Part shown: positions 41,434 through 53,121 of the stretch, piece after piece | Numbering within the stretch: the first letter of the stretch is position 1 | Layout of the letters: every line of letters begins with the position of its first letter | NCBI GenBank assembly: GCA_039815375.1 | Contig: JBCBZJ010000002.1 | Span: 207,920-271,919 of the forward strand | Origin: Verrucomicrobiota bacterium | GTDB taxonomy: Bacteria > Verrucomicrobiota > Verrucomicrobiia > Opitutales > Coraliomargaritaceae | Direction: 5' to 3' | Length of the DNA stretch: 64,000 nucleotides | Notes under the pieces: model-generated | Databases searched by the model: none | What the model was told of the DNA's origin: nothing | The model's input: the letters and a program-made list of their open reading frames with translations, nothing else | Made by a program: the position numbers and the translations under genes

Positions 41434-42321
41434 ATGAACCCTTCTCCTAAACCAGACGATCCCTACTTTTTCATTATGGGGCAGTCTTTCCCGCGCAGTG
41501 AGATTGTTAAACTGTTTACGATTCTTGGATTTCTACTTCTGATGATAGTGGTCGGTGTATCCTTCTTCTTCTTCGATTGGAAAAAAAAGCAGGATCTTCG
41601 ATCGTCTCAGTTAGCAGAACAAGCGAGCTTGTCGGGAAGCGAGGTTCAAAAAGCGGCTAATCCGACTGTTGCATTTTTTGATGAGTTTCTCGAGCAGACC
41701 CGCTTTGATGAGGTATTTAGTATAAACGCGGTTGGAATTTATAATGTTAATGGAATTGAAATGAATTTGCAGTTTCTAGCGAAGCGGCCTCGGCTTTACC
41801 GGCAGACTCTTCGCAAGAATGATAAAGTTATTGAGTTCGGTTATGATGGGGAAACGGTATGGTTCTCCCAAAGCCACGATGTGGTTGATGGTGAAAATGA
41901 AGCATTAATGAGTTTGAATCGATCCCTTGCTATTTTAGAGAGTGCTGTGCCTTGTCTGGCCTGGGACTACAATTCTGAAGAATCGATAGAGGGTTTCGAA
42001 CTCATGCCGGAGAACGATTGGAACGGACATCCCTGCTATGTGATCAAGAACAGTCGACTTCTCGAAAATACGGTAGTCTATCACTACATCGATAAAGAGA
42101 GTGGCTTTGAGCACTATCGACGGGCTTCACTGCAGATTGCTCCAAGACGCTACAGAGACGCTGAGTTATTCTATAAAGCCCCTCTTGAAGGTTCCGAATT
42201 TACACTGCCCTCCGGGATCGAGCTTTTGCTTGATGGACGCCTCTACTACAAAGTTACATTTGAAAGTGTCGAAGTTAACAAAGGTCTTCTCAATATACTC
42301 TTTGAAGCCCCTAACCCGTGA
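41434..42321 (+). CDS. membrane-anchored periplasmic hypothetical protein (possible LolA-like fold)
   Basis: N-terminal TM helix; KRP..YR, GYDGETVW, C-terminal VN..L....F pattern. Confidence 0.6.
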   Translation: MNPSPKPDDPYFFIMGQSFPRSEIVKLFTILGFLLLMIVVGVSFFFFDWKKKQDLRSSQLAEQASLSGSEVQKAANPTVAFFDEFLEQTRFDEVFSINAVGIYNVNGIEMNLQFLAKRPRLYRQTLRKNDKVIEFGYDGETVWFSQSHDVVDGENEALMSLNRSLAILESAVPCLAWDYNSEESIEGFELMPENDWNGHPCYVIKNSRLLENTVVYHYIDKESGFEHYRRASLQIAPRRYRDAELFYKAPLEGSEFTLPSGIELLLDGRLYYKVTFESVEVNKGLLNILFEAPNP

Positions 42322-42579
42322 TTGTGGGCGCGTCGAATGAACTGATCCTGATTGACTCGATGGTGTTCGAGTCGATCAGGAACCAGAGCCTGTCCCGCCG
42401 AAAGTGATGCTGTATTTCGCGGGAGCGCCGAACCGTCAGTGTCTCGCTAGGGTTCTCTAAGCCGAGAATACATGATGTTTCCGAGACTTAACGGCGAGGA
42501 CACTTCCCGAAGGTTTTTCGAACACAACTTCGATTTTTGCTGGCTTAGTGTTCGAGGGCTGCGTTGTCCTATCAGACGA

Positions 42580-43824
<1,245 letters not shown>

Positions 43825-43909
43825 GGTGTAGTGGATAGTGTTGATCGGGTTTTGTTAGCCTCTGATTATTATTGTGATATGTAGTTATTCGTCTATCAGT
43901 CCGGACATC

Positions 43910-44752
43910 ATGCAGACAATTCAATCAATCAACGAAATGCAGTCGCTTGCAATCCAGCTCCGTTCAAAGGGGCAGTTGATCGGTCTTGTGCCGACGATGG
44001 GTAGCTTACACGAGGGACATTTGTCACTGATTGATATTGCCAAAGAACGCGCCGACAAAGTCATCGTTTCGATTTTTGTCAACCCTGCCCAGTTTGGACC
44101 GAATGAAGACTTTGATAAATACCCCCGGGTTCTCGAAGAAGATTTAGAAAAGTGCAAGGCCCGTGGGGCTGATATCGTTTTTAATCCTTCGGTTTCGGAA
44201 ATGTATCCAGAGGGTTACTCAACTTATGTCGAGGAGGAGCACATCAGCTCGGGTTTATGTGGTGTCTCGCGGCCACAGCATTTTCGGGGTGTGACGACGA
44301 TTTGCCTGAAATTATTCAATATCGCGAGGCCCGATATCGCCGTTTTTGGCCAAAAGGATGCGCAGCAATGTGCAGTGATGAATAAAATGGTCATCGATTT
44401 GAATCTACCGGTTGAAATCGTTGTCGGGCCGACTGTTCGTGAGCCAGACGGTTTGGCGCTGAGCTCGCGAAATGCCTATATGACAAGCTTTCAGCGTGAG
44501 GATGCGTTAAGTATCTCAAAGTCGCTTGAAGTGGCGAAAAATATGGTCGAAGAGGGAACTCGCAGTGTTGACCGGATTGTGGCTGAGATAATCCATTACC
44601 TGTCTTTGTCTCGTCGTATCCGGGTTATTTATGTCCAGGTCGTCGACAAGATGACAATGGAGCCGGCATCGGAGATTGTTCCAGGCAAACAACTCGTGAC
44701 TGTCGCGGCATGGGTTGATCAGACGCGATTGATTGATAATATCGATCTTTAG
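43910..44752 (+). CDS. panC: pantoate-beta-alanine ligase
   Basis: VPTMGSLHEGH, FVNP.QF, RP.HF.GV, FGQKDAQQ, GLALSSRN, RLIDN. Confidence 0.96.
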   Translation: MQTIQSINEMQSLAIQLRSKGQLIGLVPTMGSLHEGHLSLIDIAKERADKVIVSIFVNPAQFGPNEDFDKYPRVLEEDLEKCKARGADIVFNPSVSEMYPEGYSTYVEEEHISSGLCGVSRPQHFRGVTTICLKLFNIARPDIAVFGQKDAQQCAVMNKMVIDLNLPVEIVVGPTVREPDGLALSSRNAYMTSFQREDALSISKSLEVAKNMVEEGTRSVDRIVAEIIHYLSLSRRIRVIYVQVVDKMTMEPASEIVPGKQLVTVAAWVDQTRLIDNIDL

Positions 44753-44755
44753 TAA

Positions 44756-46357
44756 ATGGCCAAGTTATACGATGTAATTGTCGTCGGCAGCGGAATTGCC
44801 GGCCTTAGCTTTGCTCTTAAAGTAGCAGAGGCCGGGAAGAGCGTAGCCATCATCACGAAAAAGAACTCCGCAGAGTCCAACACGAACTATGCGCAGGGCG
44901 GCATTGCGGCGGTGACGTCGCGAACGGACGATGTCGAGATGCATGTCGCAGACACGTTGACTGCAGGAGACGGTCTGTGTGACGAGCAGGCAGTCCGTGA
45001 AATCCTCAAGGACGGTCCGGCCAGTATTGATGAGCTTGTGCGTCGCGGAGTTGGTTTTTCCCAGCTGGGCGACGGCCGCGTTTCTTTGGGCAAAGAAGGC
45101 GGGCACTCGAAGCGGCGCATCCTTCACGTCAAAGATATGACGGGAAAGGCCATCGAGCAGGCACTTCTGCACGCGATCGAAAACTCGAAGCGTATCGACA
45201 CTTTGGAGCATCATTTTGCAGTCGAGCTCATTACGTCTGCAAAGTTGCGGCACCACGGCCAAAGTGCATCGGGCTCCAATCGCGTTTTAGGTCTTTACGC
45301 GTTGGATACACAAACCGGCAAGGTGGAGACTTTCGAAACCGGTGCGGTGATGCTCGCGACCGGCGGCATTGGACAGGTTTATCAATACACGACTAATCCT
45401 TTTATTGCGACAGGGGACGGTATCGCGATGGCCTATCGCGCGGGTGTTGAAGTCCGCAACATGGAGTTCATTCAATTCCATCCCACGGCCTTCTATTCTC
45501 GAGACTCGGATCGATTCCTGATCAGCGAAGCAGTGCGAGGGGAGGGCGCTATACTTCGGAATTTGAAGGGTGACGCCTTCATGGGCAAATATGACAAGCG
45601 TAAGGACCTTGCGCCGCGCGATATCGTGGCCCGGGCGATTGACTCGGAAATGAAGAAGTCAGGTGCGCGTCATGTCTGGCTTGATACTCGAGGAATCGGT
45701 TTGAAGACCTTACATGAACGTTTTCCAAACATCTACGACTACTGTGCTAAAAGAGGGCTTTCCTTGGAGAGGGATATGATTCCAGTCGTGCCCGCTGCGC
45801 ACTACTTGTGTGGTGGGGTCCAAACGAAGCTCAATGGTGAGACCTCGCTGTCCGGTCTTTACGCTTGCGGCGAAGTGGCCTGCACTGGTCTCCATGGTGC
45901 CAATCGCCTTGCCAGTAACTCGCTCCTCGAGGCGGTTGTCATGGCTAACCGTGGAGCTGATGCAGTTGTCGAATACTGTGGAAGAAACACTCGCAGTAAA
46001 ACAAAGCTTCCCACCTGGAAAGATGGTGATGTTCGCGATTCAGATGAGCGGGTGGTGCTTCTTCATAACTGGGACGAGGTAAAGCGCACTATGTGGGATT
46101 ATGTAGGGATTGTCCGCAGCACAAAACGCCTTGAGCGTGCGCAGACGCGGATTCAGACACTTGATCGTGAGATCAACGAATACTACTGGAACTTCAAGGT
46201 CGACGAGAGTTTGCTCGAATTACGTAACATGATCCTTGTCGCCCGGCTCGTGATCGACTGTGCCCTGCAACGGAAGGAAAGCCGGGGCCTGCACAGCACA
46301 CTCGATTATCCCGGTCTTTCCGAAGATGCCGTGGATACTTTGGCGCAGCGAATTTGA
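44756..46357 (+). CDS. nadB: L-aspartate oxidase
   Basis: GSGIAG, YAQGGIA, EGGHS..RI.H, QFHPT, LAPRDIVAR, HGANRLASNSLLE, ESRGLH. Confidence 0.96.
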   Translation: MAKLYDVIVVGSGIAGLSFALKVAEAGKSVAIITKKNSAESNTNYAQGGIAAVTSRTDDVEMHVADTLTAGDGLCDEQAVREILKDGPASIDELVRRGVGFSQLGDGRVSLGKEGGHSKRRILHVKDMTGKAIEQALLHAIENSKRIDTLEHHFAVELITSAKLRHHGQSASGSNRVLGLYALDTQTGKVETFETGAVMLATGGIGQVYQYTTNPFIATGDGIAMAYRAGVEVRNMEFIQFHPTAFYSRDSDRFLISEAVRGEGAILRNLKGDAFMGKYDKRKDLAPRDIVARAIDSEMKKSGARHVWLDTRGIGLKTLHERFPNIYDYCAKRGLSLERDMIPVVPAAHYLCGGVQTKLNGETSLSGLYACGEVACTGLHGANRLASNSLLEAVVMANRGADAVVEYCGRNTRSKTKLPTWKDGDVRDSDERVVLLHNWDEVKRTMWDYVGIVRSTKRLERAQTRIQTLDREINEYYWNFKVDESLLELRNMILVARLVIDCALQRKESRGLHSTLDYPGLSEDAVDTLAQRI

Positions 46358-47316
46358 TGATAACGAAAGGCAAGACTTCCTGGGCAGTTGTGGGCCCCGG
46401 AGCTGTCGGCCTCTACTACGGTGGCCTGCTCGCCTCCAATGGGCAAACAGTTCACCTCCTCGCGCGCAGCGATGCATCCGCATTGAAGGCACAGGGAATC
46501 ATTTTCTCTCAGGTTCATCCCACGACAGGCGAAGTTTTTGAGGAAGTTGCCGTCCGTCCGACAAGCATAGCGAGCGAAGCTACTGCAATCGGTCCGGTTG
46601 ATCTCGTCATGATCGCTGCGAAAACAACCGTGAACGAGCAACTCATCGAATTGCTGGAGCCACTGGTTGAAGCGGAGCGAACAACCCTTCTGAGTCTGCA
46701 GAACGGAATGGGAAACGCTGAGTTTTACGCGGAGCATTTTCCGGATAATCCGATTCTCTCAGGGCTTTGCTTCGTCTGTGTCAACCGGGTCGCACCCGGA
46801 GTCGTTGAGAACTACCATCCCGGACGGGTGGAGATTGGTTCATTGGGCGATCGCTGGCCCGAGCTCGCAAAGCGGGTTGTCGATGCCTTCAAATCGTCTG
46901 GAGTGAAGACGAGTTTCTCGCCGGAACTCGATGCAGCACTTTGGAGGAAACTCTGCTGGAATGTGCCTTTCAATGGACTTGCGATCACTGGTGGAGCGAT
47001 CACTTGTGACAGGATTCTCGCAGACCCGAAGCTCAGGAATCGCGCATTTAAGTTGATGGAAGAAGTCCGGGCCGCAGCGGCCAGATTTGGCCACGAGATC
47101 ACCGACAGCTTTTTGCAGGGACAATTCGATGTGACCGAAAAGATGGGAGCTTATCAACCGTCCTCATTGATCGATTTTCTTGAAAACCGACCGGTAGAGG
47201 TAGAGTCGATTTGGGGCGTACCACTCAAGCGCGGGCTGGCTGCTGGCGTCGAGATGCCAGAACTCCACCGCCTGTATTCAGAAATTAGCGCTGCCACATC
47301 TTCGCCTATTCTCTAA
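46354..47316 (+). CDS. panE: 2-dehydropantoate 2-reductase
   Basis: VGPGAVG..YG, LQNGMG, W.KL.WN.PFN, SS..D......E. Confidence 0.88.
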   Translation: MMITKGKTSWAVVGPGAVGLYYGGLLASNGQTVHLLARSDASALKAQGIIFSQVHPTTGEVFEEVAVRPTSIASEATAIGPVDLVMIAAKTTVNEQLIELLEPLVEAERTTLLSLQNGMGNAEFYAEHFPDNPILSGLCFVCVNRVAPGVVENYHPGRVEIGSLGDRWPELAKRVVDAFKSSGVKTSFSPELDAALWRKLCWNVPFNGLAITGGAITCDRILADPKLRNRAFKLMEEVRAAAARFGHEITDSFLQGQFDVTEKMGAYQPSSLIDFLENRPVEVESIWGVPLKRGLAAGVEMPELHRLYSEISAATSSPIL

Positions 47317-47389
47317 ACACTGTATTTCGTGCCTCTTCCATTTGGCCACTGCCATGGACGGCTCTTACCGCATCTGAGTTTTAGCTAGT

Positions 47390-49240
47390 CTATTCGACTG
47401 TAACTGATTTTGCGAGATTGCGTGGCTTGTCCACGTCACATCCACGCTCCAGCGCAATGTAATAGCTGAGCAACTGGACGGGTATACTCATCAGGATCGG
47501 CTTTACGATCTCATGGCATTCGGGAACGACTACGAGATCATTGATCAAGCCTTCTGGAATGTCACATTCGGCACTCGCGATACAGATCACTTTACCTTTG
47601 CGTGCTTTAACCTCCTGAATGTTAGCCAGACTCTTTTGGAAAATCTCCCCGGAGGTTGCGAGAAAGACACTCGGGCAATCCTCGCTAATCAGGGCGATCG
47701 GTCCGTGCTTCATCTCAGCGGCTGGGTAGCCTTCTGCATGGATGTAGGAAATCTCCTTGAGTTTCAGCGCACCCTCGAGAGCGATTGGGAACATGAGTTG
47801 GCGGCCAAGGAAAAGGCAGTCTTCGTAGTGTGCGTATTTTTTGGCAATCATGGCGAGCTTGTCGCTCTGATCGAGCACCTCTCGGATCATGTCCGGAAGT
47901 CCCTTGAGTGCCTTGACGATATCGGAGCCATCACTGTAACTAAGGTCGCGAAGACGGCCAAGATAGAGAGCAAGCATGGCACAAATCGTGAGTTGCGAAG
48001 TGAATGCCTTGGTGGATGCAACGCCGATTTCAGGCCCTGCATGCTGATAGATGCCGCCGTCGCATTCGCGAGCAATCGTAGAGCCGACGCTATTGTTGAT
48101 CGAAAGCACTCGGTAGCCTTTGCGCTTGGCCTCGCGCAGCGCCGCAAGTGTGTCGATCGTTTCACCGGACTGGCTGATTGCCACGACCAGCGTGTTTTTA
48201 TCGAGGGGCGCGTTTCGGTAGCGGAACTCTGAAGCGTATTCCACTTCAACCGGAATACGTGCGTAACGTTCAATCAAGTATTCTGCGACCATGCAGGCGT
48301 GCCACGCCGTGCCGCAGGCAATGAAGAGCAGCCGGTCGACATGTCGGAGTTCTTGCGGAGTGAGATTTAGCCCGCCGAAAACCGCTGTGCTGGCATCGTC
48401 CGAAAAACGGCCACGCATTCCGTTTTCGAGTGCAGTTGGCTGCTCGAAAATCTCTTTCTCCATGAAGTGGTGGTAGTCGCCAAGTTCAGCTTCTGCAGTG
48501 TCCCAGTCGACCTGGTGGATGACTGCTTCGACGTTTTTGCTGGTGACCGTGCATATCGAAAAGTCGTCGTTTTGCAGATGCACGACTTCGTTGTCGTTTA
48601 GGTAAACCACATTCTGTGTGCAGTGCGTGATCGCATTGACGTCGGAGGCAATCAGGTTTTCGCCCTTCCCGATTCCGACAATGAGGGGGGAGCCCTTTCG
48701 TGCACCGATCAATTCGCCGGGGCATTCACTGCAGATCACCGCGATACCGTAAGTACCTTCCACGTGGCGGAGTGTTTTGCGGACGGACTCGAGGAAGCGG
48801 CTCTTGCCCTCGGTTTCAGGTTCTTTGGCGTAGTGGTAGGCGATCAGGTTACTGAGCGCTTCGGAATCCGTCTCAGACGAAAAGGAGTAGCCCTTCTCGG
48901 AGAGGAATTTTTTCATGCCTAGGTAGTTCTCAATGACGCCATTGTGGACCATAGCGATTTTGCCATCGCTACTCATGTGGGGGTGGGCGTTGGCTTCGGT
49001 GACATCCCCGTGGGTCGCCCAGCGAGTATGACTAATACCGAGATTTCCCCCGAGTTGAGGCTCTTCAAGCGCATCCTCAAGTTGCTTCACACGACCGGTC
49101 CGCTTCACCTCTTCGAAGCCTTTCGGCATGGCGACAACGATCCCAGCCGAGTCGTAGCCCCGGTATTCCAGACGCTTCAACCCATCTAACATGATGCTGC
49201 CCGCTCGATCACGGCCGACATATCCGACTATTCCACACAT
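47390..49240 (-). CDS. glmS: glutamine-fructose-6-phosphate aminotransferase
   Basis: True start MCGIVGY at 49240; LEYRGYDSAG, HTRWATHG, SQSGET, VASTKAF, PRNLAKSVTVE. Confidence 0.97.
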   Translation of the reverse strand: MCGIVGYVGRDRAGSIMLDGLKRLEYRGYDSAGIVVAMPKGFEEVKRTGRVKQLEDALEEPQLGGNLGISHTRWATHGDVTEANAHPHMSSDGKIAMVHNGVIENYLGMKKFLSEKGYSFSSETDSEALSNLIAYHYAKEPETEGKSRFLESVRKTLRHVEGTYGIAVICSECPGELIGARKGSPLIVGIGKGENLIASDVNAITHCTQNVVYLNDNEVVHLQNDDFSICTVTSKNVEAVIHQVDWDTAEAELGDYHHFMEKEIFEQPTALENGMRGRFSDDASTAVFGGLNLTPQELRHVDRLLFIACGTAWHACMVAEYLIERYARIPVEVEYASEFRYRNAPLDKNTLVVAISQSGETIDTLAALREAKRKGYRVLSINNSVGSTIARECDGGIYQHAGPEIGVASTKAFTSQLTICAMLALYLGRLRDLSYSDGSDIVKALKGLPDMIREVLDQSDKLAMIAKKYAHYEDCLFLGRQLMFPIALEGALKLKEISYIHAEGYPAAEMKHGPIALISEDCPSVFLATSGEIFQKSLANIQEVKARKGKVICIASAECDIPEGLINDLVVVPECHEIVKPILMSIPVQLLSYYIALERGCDVDKPRNLAKSVTVE

Positions 49241-49315
49241 AAAGCTTCTATTCAGCGTACAGGTTGCGTAAGTTTCAAGCCAATAGCTTTTTTCTTCAAA
49301 CCCACACTTATACAC

Positions 49316-50614
49316 ATGAAAAAACGCAAGGTTATCTGCATTATCATGGGCGGCGGCCGAGGCTCTCGCCTCAGTCCTTTGACGAAGGAGCGCTGTAAGC
49401 CTGCGGTGCCACTGGCAGGCAAATATCGCTTGGTCGACATTCCTATCAGTAACTGCTTGAATTCGGGCTTTAATCGAATGTTCGTGTTGACTCAGTTTAA
49501 CACTGCGTCGCTCCACCGGCATATTCAGGAGTCCTATAAGTTTGATCCCTTTGCGGGAGGGTTCGTCGACATTCTTTCGGCTGAGCAAACAGATAGTGAT
49601 AACAACTGGTATCAAGGCACCGCTGATGCCGTTCGGCAGAACTTGCATCATTTCCGTTCGGAGAGCGACGACGATCTCTACATCATCCTTTCAGGAGACC
49701 AGCTCTACCGCATGAATCTTCGTGATGTGGTGCGTGAGCACGATGAATCTGCTGCCGAGGTTACGATCACCGCGAAGCCGCTCGGCTTGAATGAAGCTGA
49801 GGGCCTGGGATTGATGCGCGTGGATGATGCGCAGGAGATCACAGAGTTTGTGGAGAAGCCGACGGACCCCGAGGTTATCAAAGGCCTCGCGGTTGGCGAT
49901 AGTGTGAAGAAAAAAATGCGCGATCCGGGGGATAAAGACTACTGCCTTGCCTCAATGGGTATCTATGTCTTCAACGCGAAGACCCTGCACGAGGCGCTCG
50001 ATTCGGACACAACTGACTTCGGTGGTGAGGTCATTCCTGCACTTCTTGGAAAGTCCAAGCTCTATAGCTACGTCTTTGACGAATACTGGGAAGACATCGG
50101 AACGGTAAGGGCATTTTTTGAATGTAACCTTCGTCTAACCGATCCAGTTCCACCTTTTGATTTTTTCGATGAAGAAGCACGTATTTATACGCGCGCACGT
50201 TATCTGCCTGCAACCAAGGTCAATAGATGTTTTATTGACCGCGCGATTCTCGCTGATGGCTGTATTGTGATGGATGATGCGCGTATTACCCATTCCTCGC
50301 TGGGGGTTCGTTCAGTAGTCGGTCAAGAGGCTGAGTTTGACGATGTGGTCATGATGGGCGCGGATTTCTTTGAGACGGATGCGGATCGTTCGGAGAATAT
50401 TGAAAGAGATCGCCCGAATGTGGGCATCGGTAAAAATTGCAGGATAAAGAGCGCGATCATCGATAAGAACGTCCGCATCGGAAATAATGTGATTCTCGAT
50501 CCTACAGGACTTCCCGATAACTTCGGGCCTGATGTCGATGTTGCGATTCGTGATGGCGTATTGGTCGTTTGCAAGGATGCGATTGTGCCGGACGGCTTTG
50601 TCCTGACCGCGTAG
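49316..50614 (+). CDS. glgC: glucose-1-phosphate adenylyltransferase
   Basis: GGGRGSRL.PLT..R.KPAVP, WYQGTADAV, LSGDQLYRM, FVEKP, SMGIYVF, YWEDIGT. Confidence 0.96.
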   Translation: MKKRKVICIIMGGGRGSRLSPLTKERCKPAVPLAGKYRLVDIPISNCLNSGFNRMFVLTQFNTASLHRHIQESYKFDPFAGGFVDILSAEQTDSDNNWYQGTADAVRQNLHHFRSESDDDLYIILSGDQLYRMNLRDVVREHDESAAEVTITAKPLGLNEAEGLGLMRVDDAQEITEFVEKPTDPEVIKGLAVGDSVKKKMRDPGDKDYCLASMGIYVFNAKTLHEALDSDTTDFGGEVIPALLGKSKLYSYVFDEYWEDIGTVRAFFECNLRLTDPVPPFDFFDEEARIYTRARYLPATKVNRCFIDRAILADGCIVMDDARITHSSLGVRSVVGQEAEFDDVVMMGADFFETDADRSENIERDRPNVGIGKNCRIKSAIIDKNVRIGNNVILDPTGLPDNFGPDVDVAIRDGVLVVCKDAIVPDGFVLTA

Positions 50615-50635
50615 AATCAGGATATTTCCAGTTGG

Positions 50636-50666
50636 ACCGCGCTTCGTCAGGGGCGCGGTTTTCTGT
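50636..50666 (+). terminator. intrinsic terminator after glgC
   Basis: ACCGCGCTT..GGGCGCGGT hairpin followed by TTTCTGT. Confidence 0.6.
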
Positions 50667-50746
50667 TGCCTGAATTCTATTTCGGACGCACAATCTAGGC
50701 TGAAAAAGCGGTTTAGCCCTTTTGTAACTTTATCACTCTGTTCGCC

Positions 50747-51595
50747 ATGAAAAATCTACTGGTCTGTATAGACGGTTCGAGATACGGCCAAGTGGTTTGC
50801 CGTTACGCAGCCTGGCTTGCCCAGGAATCTGAAGCCACCATCGAATTGCTTTATGTAACTGATCTACGCCAGTTTGAGGTGCCTGCAATTGGCGATCTCA
50901 GCGGTAGTCTTGGAATACAGCCATTTGAAGGAATGATCACGCATTTGCAGGAAGTGGAAAAAGTAAAGGCGAAGTTCATTGGTGAACAAGCGATGCAGGT
51001 CTTTTCTGCTGCGGGGCTCTCCAATCACACCAGCTTCAAACACGAGACCGGCCTTCTCGTCGACGTGATCAAAGATTACTCCAGCGAAGTGGACCTTATT
51101 CTTCTGGGTAAGCGTGGAGAGAATGCTGGTTTTGCGTCCGAGCATCTTGGTTCCATGTTGGAGCGCGTGGTTCGCTCTGCTCGTGTGCCTTGTTTCGTAG
51201 GTAATCGTGACTATCGAGAACCCAGCAAAATCGCGATTGCCCATGACGGTGGTGATAGCTGTCAAAAGGCGCTTGATTACATTTGTATGCTGGCACCCAT
51301 ATTTCGGGTCAGGCAAGTCCATGTCCTTACTTGCGTAGAAGGGCATAATGAAGACCTCGCATCGGATCGCCTCGCAGATGCGGAGGAGCAGCTGGGTTCG
51401 GTCGGGATTCACCCCAACTGCGAAATGTTATCCGGTGTCGTTGAACATGCGATCGCGAACTATGTGACGGATGCTGGTATCGATTTATTGGTGCTTGGTG
51501 CCTACGGTCACAGTCGAATTCGTGAGTTACTGATTGGCAGCACGACAACGGAGTTGATCCGCAGCTGTCATGTGCCCGTGCTTTGTTTCCGCTGA
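50747..51595 (+). CDS. universal stress protein (tandem USP domains)
   Basis: LVCIDGS, LILLGKRG...GS.LERV, LVLGAYGHSRIREL.IGSTT. Confidence 0.92.
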   Translation: MKNLLVCIDGSRYGQVVCRYAAWLAQESEATIELLYVTDLRQFEVPAIGDLSGSLGIQPFEGMITHLQEVEKVKAKFIGEQAMQVFSAAGLSNHTSFKHETGLLVDVIKDYSSEVDLILLGKRGENAGFASEHLGSMLERVVRSARVPCFVGNRDYREPSKIAIAHDGGDSCQKALDYICMLAPIFRVRQVHVLTCVEGHNEDLASDRLADAEEQLGSVGIHPNCEMLSGVVEHAIANYVTDAGIDLLVLGAYGHSRIRELLIGSTTTELIRSCHVPVLCFR

Positions 51596-52422
51596 TACTT
51601 CCTTGCCAGGTAAATCACTAGCGCACCGCCCAGAATCATAAAAGTCGAATAGAACTGTCCACGGGTGATTCCCATGATCAAACTGGCATCTGGTTCGCGG
51701 AAGGCCTCTCCGATGATTCTCAAAATACCGTATCCGATCAGGAATTCTCCGCCCAACTGCCCGGTTGGAGGACGTTTGAACCAGAAGCGCCATTGAGTGT
51801 AGGCGAGTAAGAGCGCTCCCTCGAGGCCGGCCGCGTAGAGTTGGGAAGGGTGGCGCGGCTCTGGGCCAAAGATGCCAAGCGTGACATTGTAGGCTGGGGG
51901 ACTGTCGGGAAAAACCACCGCCCATTTTACTGTGGTGACGCGTCCCCAGAGTTCGCCATTGATGAAGTTGGCGATGCGACCAAACATCACGCCTAGTGGA
52001 CCAAGCGTCACCATCACGTCTCCAAGCTCATAAAAATTGATTTTCTGTCGTTTCGCAAACCAGATCAGGGCGAGAATAATCCCGGCAAATCCACCGTGAC
52101 TGGCCATGCCGCCTTGATCAATTCGGAGAACTAATAGTGGGTTTTCCAGAAAAGCCGCTAGATCATAGAGCAACATGAATCCCAGTCTTCCACCGACCAG
52201 CACCCCGACAATTATTGCCGTCATCAGAGTTGCTCGGGCATCTGCGTCGATCACAAATTTACCGCGGGCATTGTAGCTTTTCAACAAGAGCCAGGCTCCG
52301 AAAAAGCCCATGAGGTAGGCCAGTCCGTAGTAACGTATGCCGTCCAGCCCGAGGGGGTTCTCGGGAAACTCGATTAAAAAAGGGCTCAGGTCATGGATCC
52401 AATACTGCTTGTCGACTGTCAT
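51568..52422 (-). CDS. lgt: prolipoprotein diacylglyceryl transferase
   Basis: RYYGLAY, GGRLG, GGMASHGG, GRIANFINGELWGR, RHPSQLY, E.FREPD. Confidence 0.96.
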   Translation of the reverse strand: MTVDKQYWIHDLSPFLIEFPENPLGLDGIRYYGLAYLMGFFGAWLLLKSYNARGKFVIDADARATLMTAIIVGVLVGGRLGFMLLYDLAAFLENPLLVLRIDQGGMASHGGFAGIILALIWFAKRQKINFYELGDVMVTLGPLGVMFGRIANFINGELWGRVTTVKWAVVFPDSPPAYNVTLGIFGPEPRHPSQLYAAGLEGALLLAYTQWRFWFKRPPTGQLGGEFLIGYGILRIIGEAFREPDASLIMGITRGQFYSTFMILGGALVIYLARKYQRKQSTGT

Positions 52423-52519
52423 TAACCGGATTTGCTAAGTGTCTCCGGCAAGCCTTGCAACCAACAACAGGCCAAGCTTTACTTTGACTTTTCCAAACCC
52501 GATCGAATCTTAAATTTTC

Positions 52520-53119
52520 ATGATGAAGCCCACCTTCTCGGCAATGGCACTCTTTGCAGTGGCCTTGTTCGTTTTCCAACCACTTGCCGCGCAAACTGAG
52601 AGCCTGCGTGTGACTGTTGCCAACCTGAATCAGGATTTGGATCTTATTGCTAAACAAGTCAGCACGCTGCGGCTTGAGATCGAAGAAATTCGTCGAGAAA
52701 ATGCGCGCCTTCGTTCGCAGGTTTCAGCTGCCAGCTCGAATCGTGATGCAGAGGCCAGTCTCTTGTCTGCGATGGAGACCCTGAGGCGTGAATATCGCGC
52801 CGCAGATGAGTCCCAGAAGCAACAGATTGTTGCCGAAGTCACTCGCCAGATTAACGCCCTCGCTTCCGAAACACAGGAAGCGATCAATACCGTTGCCGAC
52901 GCCGTGGGCAGCCAACCTCAGATTAGCAAACCGGTTCACTTTTCCAGCGATTACCCGAAGACGGGAGTGACTTACACTGTTCGTTCCGGTGATACTCTCA
53001 GTAAAATTGCGCGTGATCATGGCTCAACGATTAAGCACATTCAGAATGCAAATAAAATCCTCGATCCCTCTCGTGACCTGCAGGTCGGCCAGACGATCTT
53101 TATCCCGGTAGCACAGTAA
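52520..53119 (+). CDS. exported coiled-coil protein with C-terminal LysM domain
   Basis: Signal peptide; YTVRSGDTLSKIA...I..AN.I.....LQVGQ.IFIP. Confidence 0.9.
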   Translation: MMKPTFSAMALFAVALFVFQPLAAQTESLRVTVANLNQDLDLIAKQVSTLRLEIEEIRRENARLRSQVSAASSNRDAEASLLSAMETLRREYRAADESQKQQIVAEVTRQINALASETQEAINTVADAVGSQPQISKPVHFSSDYPKTGVTYTVRSGDTLSKIARDHGSTIKHIQNANKILDPSRDLQVGQTIFIPVAQ

Positions 53120-53121
53120 CT

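Noticed and set aside
42346..42383. Long hairpin TCCTGATTGACTCGA/TCGAGTCGATCAGGA between convergent genes
   Set aside because: Most simply a terminator or stabilising hairpin; single copy, no evidence for an ncRNA or MITE.
49241..49651. 137-aa N-terminal extension of GlmS in the ORF track
   Set aside because: GlmS needs an N-terminal Cys (MCGIVG at 49240); the extension is antisense to glgC. The 75-bp intergenic gap is also too short for a glmS ribozyme.
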